A stretch of 38,661 nt of DNA, taken from IMG/VR virus record IMGVR_UViG_3300031953_000059, positions 1 through 38,661 of that record. One strand, 5' to 3'. This document shows positions 33,130 through 38,661 of this stretch, one piece after another (position 1 is the first letter of the stretch; every line of letters begins with the position of its first letter). The notes under the pieces were generated by a model. It was given only the letters and a program-made list of their open reading frames with translations. It was not told where the DNA came from and ran no database searches. The DNA is from a virus. Lineage: Duplodnaviria > Caudoviricetes. Made by a program: the position numbers and the translations under genes.

Positions 33130-33873
33130 ATGCCAGACAGAGAACCACCCACGTTTCTGACCCTCGTGGACCGCCTCACTAAGCCCCACCCCGAAGCGCT
33201 CGCCCGCGACCACGGGACCGAAATACAGACAGTCGATGGCCTGCTTCAACAGTTGCGCGGCGCGATCTTCCTAGGACTCGAGACCGGTGGTGCCGGCGCA
33301 GCATTCGGCAGCCGTTTACCCCTCGACGCGACCGCTACCGACCTGCTTGAAGAGATCGACAGGCAAGCAGCAGAAGTGCTTATGGCAGTGCAGCAGGGAC
33401 CGACACCGTACGGGACGACAGAGGCGTATGTGCGGCGTTGGGCAGGGCAGACCACCGAGGGGAAACTGTTCACAGTTACGGTGCGTCAGACGGTCGACAA
33501 CCCGGAGGAGTATTACCGGACGCATCCTGGGAAGCCGACCGTTTTTTCAGGGATGGTGCAGTACACGGCGATGCAGCTCGTGCAGTCGTGGGTTGATCGG
33601 ATTGAGGATCTGTTCAACCCGCCGAGTACGAGAGAGATAAGGGCGAACTGTCCGGCGTGTGATGCCCGGTACGTGTTCAAGGTGAAGGACGGCCACCATC
33701 AGCAGTCGGCGGCGTTGAACTTTGTGCGCGATAGTGAGGGCCGCACGTTGGCGGCTAAGTGCTCGGCCTGTTCAGCATCATGGGGACCACCACAGTTCGA
33801 GTGGTTAGCCCGCCACATCGGCGCGAAACCGCTACCCGAATTGAGCACGACAGCCGGGATAATCGAAGCATGA
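33130..33873 (+). CDS. Hypothetical protein with C-terminal zinc ribbon (possible late regulator)
   Basis: CPAC ... CSAC..SW; located at the end of the early region; function inferred from position only. Confidence 0.6.
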   Translation: MPDREPPTFLTLVDRLTKPHPEALARDHGTEIQTVDGLLQQLRGAIFLGLETGGAGAAFGSRLPLDATATDLLEEIDRQAAEVLMAVQQGPTPYGTTEAYVRRWAGQTTEGKLFTVTVRQTVDNPEEYYRTHPGKPTVFSGMVQYTAMQLVQSWVDRIEDLFNPPSTREIRANCPACDARYVFKVKDGHHQQSAALNFVRDSEGRTLAAKCSACSASWGPPQFEWLARHIGAKPLPELSTTAGIIEA

Positions 33874-34331
33874 AAATCACTTGCCACTACTGCGGTGAGA
33901 AAGTCGAGCGAATCACCAAAGACCACATTGTGCCCCTCTCAAAGGACGGGGCCGACAAGTCGTGGAACATCGTGCCAGCGTGTTTCCCTTGCAATTCTGC
34001 GAAAGCAAACAATTGGCCCACATGCGACTGCTTCAGATGCCAACGGTCAATTCAGCGACATGGCGACGAAGGCTGGCCTGCGCAGAAGCTTAGGCGGATA
34101 CCACTCGGAGCAACCGTCTATCTCACGCACCCGAAAGGGAGCGTGCTTGTCGGACGCAAGATGCATACCGACGTTGATGATCTCATTGCCGTTGCTGGCC
34201 TTGGTGACTTTCATCTTCATAAGATGAAGAACAGCGGCTGGCATATTTCACTCGAAAGCGAGGGGGAAGCCAATGCGCCCCGCACCGAAGCGCTCAACCA
34301 AACACCTGCAACGCAAGAGCTCGCAAGCTAG
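33870..34331 (+). CDS. HNH endonuclease
   Basis: CHYCG...TKDHIVPLSKDG....NIVPACFPCNSAK; start ATG 33870. Confidence 0.88.
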   Translation: MKITCHYCGEKVERITKDHIVPLSKDGADKSWNIVPACFPCNSAKANNWPTCDCFRCQRSIQRHGDEGWPAQKLRRIPLGATVYLTHPKGSVLVGRKMHTDVDDLIAVAGLGDFHLHKMKNSGWHISLESEGEANAPRTEALNQTPATQELAS

Positions 34332-34356
34332 GCCAACCCGCCGACCCCCTGTTCTG

Positions 34357-34575
34357 ATGGCAGGAGGCACTTGCCACTACTGCAGTAAAGAGTTCGAGCG
34401 ACTGACCAGGGATCATGTAGTGCCCCGCTCAAGAGGAGGCGCTGACATGGATTGGAACATCGTCCTTGCATGCCACGCATGCAATAACCTGAAGGCGTCG
34501 GAGTGGCCGGTTTGCCAGTGCGAGTTCTGCCTGGCAGCTATCTCGCGCCAGACACGCGCTCGAAGGTCGGCGTAG
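34357..34575 (+). CDS. HNH endonuclease (minimal paralogue)
   Basis: CHYCS...TRDHVVPRSRGG....NIVLACHACNNLK; start uncertain (34273 or 34357). Confidence 0.8.
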   Translation: MAGGTCHYCSKEFERLTRDHVVPRSRGGADMDWNIVLACHACNNLKASEWPVCQCEFCLAAISRQTRARRSA

Positions 34576-34580
34576 GTGTT

Positions 34581-34655
34581 GGCCCTCTAGCCCAATTGGT
34601 AGAGGCGGCGGTCTCAAAATCCGTCCATGTCCGAGTTCGAGTCTCGGGAGGGTCA
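34581..34655 (+). tRNA. tRNA-Leu(CAA), short variable loop
   Basis: Acceptor GGCCCTC/GAGGGTC, D-loop AATTGGTAGA, anticodon CAA 34615-34617, T-arm CCGAG-TTCGAGT-CTCGG, A73; CCA not encoded. Confidence 0.85.
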
Positions 34656-34761
34656 CAACTAATTGCGAAACACGCATAATTGCGGCTTGTGCAAACTTGC
34701 AGTTCGTGTAAGACTGAGCGTGCTTGGTATTCGTGTCTGAAAAATCAGACGCCAACCAACT

Positions 34762-34790
34762 GAAAGGGCCACCTTCGGGTGGCCTTTTCT
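34762..34790 (+). terminator. Intrinsic terminator
   Basis: GAAAGGGCCACC-TTCG-GGTGGCCTTTTC with UUCG tetraloop. Confidence 0.8.
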
Positions 34791-34923
34791 CGTTAAGACT
34801 TCGCCCGGACATCGCACACACGCCAAATTACGAGCCTCTATCGGCCCGAGAAGAAAAACGCACCTGCGATTCGATCCCGACGAACCCCTCCCCCAGTATC
34901 CGAATGAACATCGGAGAACCCTG

Positions 34924-35139
34924 TTGTCTCTGCTGGAAGACCTCAACAGTCTTGCCCCGAAAAAGCTGCCCCTCAACGAATGGGTCGATAACCTCACCCC
35001 CGAAGAGCTCGCCGCATTCATAGCCGTCACCCAAGCGAAAACGTCAACAGAGTCGCTAATCGACATCCTCCGCAAAAACGGGTGCGCCGTCACACGCGGC
35101 ACCCTGAACCAGTGGCGGGCCGAGCATGCTGCTCGATGA
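34924..35139 (+). CDS. Small hypothetical protein, possible HTH
   Basis: 71 aa; RBS GGAG; LIDILRKNGCAVTRGTLNQWR; overlaps the next gene. Confidence 0.65.
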   Translation: MSLLEDLNSLAPKKLPLNEWVDNLTPEELAAFIAVTQAKTSTESLIDILRKNGCAVTRGTLNQWRAEHAAR

Positions 35140-36244
35140 CCTCCAAAACCGGCTCATCCCCGACGAATGGCGTGCACGTCAAACCCTCCTAGGTGAAGAC
35201 GGCGAAACAGTCACAGGGCCGATCATGCCTGTGCAGCAAGACGTGGACCTTCTCACCCAGTTCGGCTACGACCCGAACGAGATCGAGATCGTCGGCCAGA
35301 TCGGGCAATGGCGCAAAGAGCAACCCGATGGCACATGGCGGGTTTCGTACAGGTTCTCCCACCGCCGCCGCACAGCCTCACTCGACCTCCCAGCACTGTA
35401 CGCAGCGGCGAAGAAGAAGCCAGGCAAGCCCATCACCACCACAGGTGACCGGGTAACAGTCGTCGTCCTAGCTGACGTTCAGGCAGGCAAGGTCGGTTCA
35501 CGCGGTGGCACACCCGAGCTCATCGACCGCCTCGAAGAGAAGCGGACCAAGCTCGAGCAGCACCTACGCCGAGTGAAGCCCTCCCGCACAGTCCTAGCCG
35601 AAGCCGGCGACCTGTTCGAAGGGTTCGAATCGGGCGGCAACCCGATGTTCACCAACGACCTCTCCCTCGCACAACAGATCGACCTCGCCTCCACCGAAGT
35701 GTTCGAGTTCGTGAAGCTGCAGTCACGGTTCGGCCCTGTTGATGTCATCGCAGTGCCCTCCAATCACACTGCATGGCGGAACGGTAAGCAGCAGCTTGGT
35801 AGACCCGGTGACGATCTCGGACTGTTGTGCCACCGTCAAGTGCAGAAAGTCACCGAAGCATCCGGCATCAACGCCACATGGACCCTGCCACCCATGTACG
35901 ACGAAGCAGTCACCCTCGACGTGAACGGCACCACCCTAGGCATGGTCCACGGGAACCAATACTCACCCGGTGGCGCACCTAACTGGTGGGGCAAACAAAC
36001 CCACGGTGGTCAACCGATCGGCTCAGCCGACATCCTCGTTGCTGGCCACTACCACCACCTCTCCATCCTCCCCACAGGACGCAACCCCTACACGGGTCGA
36101 TCGAAGTGGTTCCTGCAAGCACCCACCCTCGACAACTCGTCCGACTGGTTCAGGAACCGTGCCGGCGACGACTCCGACCCCGGCCTCCTGGTGTTCGACA
36201 TCACGACTGACGGGTTCGACCTGCAATCACTCACCGTCCTGTAA
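35126..36244 (+). CDS. Calcineurin-like metallophosphoesterase (Mre11-like)
   Basis: ADVQAG, AGDLFE, PSNH, VHG, AGHYHH motifs in canonical order. Confidence 0.88.
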   Translation: MLLDDLQNRLIPDEWRARQTLLGEDGETVTGPIMPVQQDVDLLTQFGYDPNEIEIVGQIGQWRKEQPDGTWRVSYRFSHRRRTASLDLPALYAAAKKKPGKPITTTGDRVTVVVLADVQAGKVGSRGGTPELIDRLEEKRTKLEQHLRRVKPSRTVLAEAGDLFEGFESGGNPMFTNDLSLAQQIDLASTEVFEFVKLQSRFGPVDVIAVPSNHTAWRNGKQQLGRPGDDLGLLCHRQVQKVTEASGINATWTLPPMYDEAVTLDVNGTTLGMVHGNQYSPGGAPNWWGKQTHGGQPIGSADILVAGHYHHLSILPTGRNPYTGRSKWFLQAPTLDNSSDWFRNRAGDDSDPGLLVFDITTDGFDLQSLTVL

Positions 36245-36296
36245 CAGTTGCAATGAAAGCTATACGGCCCGCACCTGCCGCTAAAGGTTGCAATTA

Positions 36297-36374
36297 GGGC
36301 TGTAAATAGTGTTCGACTGGCAGAACCGCATGCGGAACCTAGTCAGGACGCCGGGGCAGAACCGGCACAGTCCA
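36297..36374 (+). ncRNA. Mini-tmRNA: tRNA-like domain only, no tag ORF
   Basis: Acceptor GGGCTGT/ACAGTCC with G3.U70 and A73; stemless D-region ending TTCGAC; helix GACTGG/CTAGTC; GGAC then T-arm GCCGG-GGCAGAA-CCGGC. Confidence 0.75.
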
Positions 36375-36491
36375 CGGGGATCTAGCTAGTCCCTGGCGGA
36401 AAGACCCACCCACCGCCATAACTCCTCGTCTTCCTCCGGGAATGGCGGGGCTTACAAACAGGTCGGCGTCAATACGGCGGACCTCATAGTG

Positions 36492-36575
36492 AGAAGCGGG
36501 GCAGGCGTGCGTCTGTGGCCCTCATCCGGCCTCACAAGGGCTTAGACCCGGATAGCCGCATGATGCCCCGCTTCT
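36492..36575 (+). ncRNA. Unclassified long stem-loop
   Basis: 12-bp closing stem AGAAGCGGGGCA/TGCCCCGCTTCT with inner helices CGTGCG/CGCATG and ATCCGG/CCGGAT. Confidence 0.45.
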
Positions 36576-36579
36576 GCAA

Positions 36580-36650
36580 TGCCCGTTGGTGTAACGGCAA
36601 CACGACTGGCTCTGATCCAGTTATTCGAGGTTCGAATCCTTGATGGGCAG
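36580..36650 (+). tRNA. tRNA-Gln(CTG)
   Basis: Acceptor TGCCCGT/ATGGGCA, D-arm GTG-TAACGGCAA-CAC, ACTGG-CT-CTG-AT-CCAGT, T-loop TTCGAAT, G73. Confidence 0.9.
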
Positions 36651-36753
36651 CGAGAGACGAGCACCACGAAATCAACGTGGCGCTAGACAGACTGAGGACG
36701 CCACTCAGGGGTCGGACAACGTTCCCGTCTCCAACCTATAAACGGAGGCGATC

Positions 36754-36933
36754 GTGTGGCGGGTAATGCGCTGGGTACTCCTGTTCGCCGCCCTCTGCCT
36801 TGCGATAGTTGCCCTCTCACACAGCATCGGACTACTGACCCTCATCCCCCTACTCGCCCTCTGGTGGATCCCCATACGACCACAAATCAACCTCGACCTC
36901 GACTGGGAACTCGTCTGGCTACTCGATGACTAA
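36754..36933 (+). CDS. Small membrane protein (not in ORF track)
   Basis: 59 aa MWRVMRWVLLFAALCLAIVALSHSIGLLTLIPLLALWWIP...; RBS GGAGG. Confidence 0.6.
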   Translation: MWRVMRWVLLFAALCLAIVALSHSIGLLTLIPLLALWWIPIRPQINLDLDWELVWLLDD

Positions 36934-37114
36934 CACTGACGGATGGACACCCGCACCAGGGACACTCGACACCGACACCATCGCTGTAGTTGAAGCTGCT
37001 GCACCATACGAAGCCAAACGTGTCCACTGGGCAAACCTCATGGACAAGCTCTCAGAAGCAGACGGAGCCACACTCCGACTACTGATGAACGGTGGCGCAG
37101 GTGAACACCCCTGA
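36926..37114 (+). CDS. Hypothetical protein
   Basis: 62 aa overlapping both neighbours. Confidence 0.5.
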   Translation: MTNTDGWTPAPGTLDTDTIAVVEAAAPYEAKRVHWANLMDKLSEADGATLRLLMNGGAGEHP

Positions 37115-37268
37115 ACTCACACCAGCCGAAGCACTCGCCGGCCTCATCCTTGACCAGCTCACCCCCGTACAAGCAGCAGCCATAGACGCAGCAGCACGAG
37201 TACAAGACCACGCACAAGACGCAGCCGCACACATACGCCAACAACTAGACGACGGCGAAGACGGCTAA
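37101..37268 (+). CDS. Small helical protein (not in ORF track)
   Basis: 55 aa MNTPELTPAEALAGLILDQLTPVQAAAIDAAARVQDHAQ...; fills the gap before 37273. Confidence 0.5.
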   Translation: MNTPELTPAEALAGLILDQLTPVQAAAIDAAARVQDHAQDAAAHIRQQLDDGEDG

Positions 37269-37272
37269 CAAA

Positions 37273-37770
37273 GTGCTCCCAGTCGTAATCGGTACCAACC
37301 CCGAACGAACACCCTGGCTACACGACTGCCTCAAATCCATCAGAGCCACCAGCAAACACCGCCGCGTACTCATCCACAAAACAGGCGGCTACGAACCCGC
37401 CGCCATCCGAACCGGATGCGCACAATTCAGCCAGTTCCTATTCATCCACGACTCAGTAACAATCCTCCACAAAGACTTCTGGGAAATGATCGACTCAAGC
37501 GGGCCAGCATGGCTAGCAGGCTGGCCACCAATGCTCATCGCCATATACAAAAGCGCAGACATCGAACCGCACCTCCCCACCCGCGAGGTATCCAAACGGG
37601 AAGCAATCGAGCTCGAAGGCACCCTCCCCGCACGAGTCATCATGAACACAATCTGGCCCGAAATAACCGACAACACTCATCTTCGCATGGAAGAGCGCCA
37701 CGGTCGCATGAACATGGTCCTAGGTAACCACCTATGGACCAAGCACAAAGGTGACTGGGGACAAGGCTAG
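37273..37770 (+). CDS. Compact GT-A-like glycosyltransferase (divergent)
   Basis: VVIGT...R..WL.DCLKSI resembles the GT2 N terminus; FLFIHDS at the DxD position; only 165 aa. Confidence 0.5.
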   Translation: MLPVVIGTNPERTPWLHDCLKSIRATSKHRRVLIHKTGGYEPAAIRTGCAQFSQFLFIHDSVTILHKDFWEMIDSSGPAWLAGWPPMLIAIYKSADIEPHLPTREVSKREAIELEGTLPARVIMNTIWPEITDNTHLRMEERHGRMNMVLGNHLWTKHKGDWGQG

Positions 37771-37777
37771 GGGGACA

Positions 37778-38212
37778 ATGCGAGTCCTCTACCCAGGCGG
37801 CTTCGACCTCCTCCACCACGGCCACCGAACAGCACTCACCACAGCCCGCACCATCGCCGGCAGATACGGCAACGGACACCTCACAGTGGCAGTCAACTCA
37901 GACGACTTCCTCACCCACTACAAGAGAAACCCCCAGAGGCCCGCCAAAGAGCGCATAGCTGATGTGCGCGAACTCGGCATAGCCGACGACGTAATCCAAT
38001 GGGACGGCCCCGAAGGGCAAGACCAGCAGATACTCAACACCGGCTGCGAACTCTACCTAGCCGGCACTGACTGGCTCACCCAGAACCTCGCCCACCAGCT
38101 CAGGCTCCCATCCCTGGGATGGTTCGACCAGCACAACATCAGCCTCCTCTACCTACGCCGCACACCAGGCATCAGCACAACCCAGCTCATCGAGGAAGGC
38201 ATGAACCGATGA
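37778..38212 (+). CDS. Cytidylyltransferase-like nucleotidyltransferase (TagD/RfaE superfamily)
   Basis: YPGGFDLLHHGH (HxGH), LTVAVNSD....YKR.P....ER, G.DW, YLRRTPGISTT. Confidence 0.9.
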   Translation: MRVLYPGGFDLLHHGHRTALTTARTIAGRYGNGHLTVAVNSDDFLTHYKRNPQRPAKERIADVRELGIADDVIQWDGPEGQDQQILNTGCELYLAGTDWLTQNLAHQLRLPSLGWFDQHNISLLYLRRTPGISTTQLIEEGMNR

Positions 38213-38379
38213 CAGACAGAACCCGATTCCTAGAGGCGCTAGAGAAGTCCAAAGATTTCGTCGCGACCATGACTGGCATCAAGCAGCAGTTCATAGAAGC
38301 CGGATGGTCAGACATCGTGGCCGAGCACATGACCTACGCCATGCTGATCGCCTCACAGAAACAGAATGGCCAAGCCTAA
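38209..38379 (+). CDS. Hypothetical protein
   Basis: 56 aa from ATG 38209 (ATGA overlap). Confidence 0.55.
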   Translation: MTDRTRFLEALEKSKDFVATMTGIKQQFIEAGWSDIVAEHMTYAMLIASQKQNGQA

Positions 38380-38623
38380 GTACGGCACCGCCTACCTCAG
38401 CATCCGCAAAGCGTGGGCACCAGTAGTAGCACGAGGCGAAGCAAACTGCCACGAACCCATCTGCCTCATGCCATCAAGAGCAATAACACCCGGCAGCAAA
38501 TGGGACCTATGCCACGACACAACCGGGACACGCATCCTCGGCCCAGGCCACCGACGCTGCAACCGCAGCGAAGGTGCAACACGCGGCAACAAAGCCCGAA
38601 CAAACCGCTTCCTAAAACTCTGA
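38366..38623 (+). CDS. HNH-type protein, probably packaging-associated
   Basis: CHEPIC...I....WDLCHD......GPGHRRCNRSEG; last gene before terminase on the circular map. Confidence 0.8.
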   Translation: MAKPKYGTAYLSIRKAWAPVVARGEANCHEPICLMPSRAITPGSKWDLCHDTTGTRILGPGHRRCNRSEGATRGNKARTNRFLKL

Positions 38624-38661
38624 ACACCTCCGGTTTTTTATTTATGCATCACCCGAACGAC

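Noticed and set aside
34581-34655. Reading the anticodon as TCA (opal suppressor/Sec) and inferring recoding
   Set aside because: Stem geometry centres CAA, D-loop and A73 fit Leu, and TGA is used as a normal stop in many ATGA overlaps
36297-36575. Full-length or permuted two-piece tmRNA
   Set aside because: Both acceptor strands close within 78 nt in standard order, and no tag reading frame ending in an Ala-Ala-type degron was found nearby
36651-36735. Hammerhead or theta ribozyme after tRNA-Gln (CTGAGGA present)
   Set aside because: No GAAA in the required position after stem II, CTGAG pairs with CTCAG, and no HDV-like nested pseudoknot was found

Overview
The window is most likely a near-complete genome of a temperate, HK97-fold siphovirus infecting a high-GC actinobacterium. 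The host assignment is inferred from actinobacterial LexA and PafBC motifs, leaderless promoters and a short-variable-loop tRNA-Leu(CAA). Gene order: terminase, portal, protease, capsid, tail tube, GT4 glycosyltransferase, connectors, tail chaperone with -1 frameshift, tape measure, minor tail genes, M23 endolysin and holin (1-15.7 kb); GT2 moron, tRNA-type attP, tyrosine integrase, repressor/cro switch (15.7-19.3 kb); recombination and replication genes YqaJ, ERF, RusA, initiator with iterons, DnaB-like helicase and SSB (19.7-25.4 kb); accessory genes including a CX5R phosphatase, HNH nucleases and HicAB; then tRNA-Leu, a metallophosphoesterase, an RNA island, a GT-A-like gene, a cytidylyltransferase and the packaging HNH. 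Best leads: (1) a 78-nt mini-tmRNA with only the Ala tRNA-like domain; (2) a consensus PafBC/RecA-NDp DNA-damage promoter upstream of an unannotated 45-aa ORF converging on a repressor with no autocleavage domain; (3) a dispersed set of glycosyltransferases plus a cytidylyltransferase tied to the virion genes; (4) DnaA boxes and an SOS box ahead of the replication operon; (5) a 24-aa peptide ending in CESCQ after the holin; (6) a second tRNA-like RNA. All calls come from reading motifs by eye; no searches were run.
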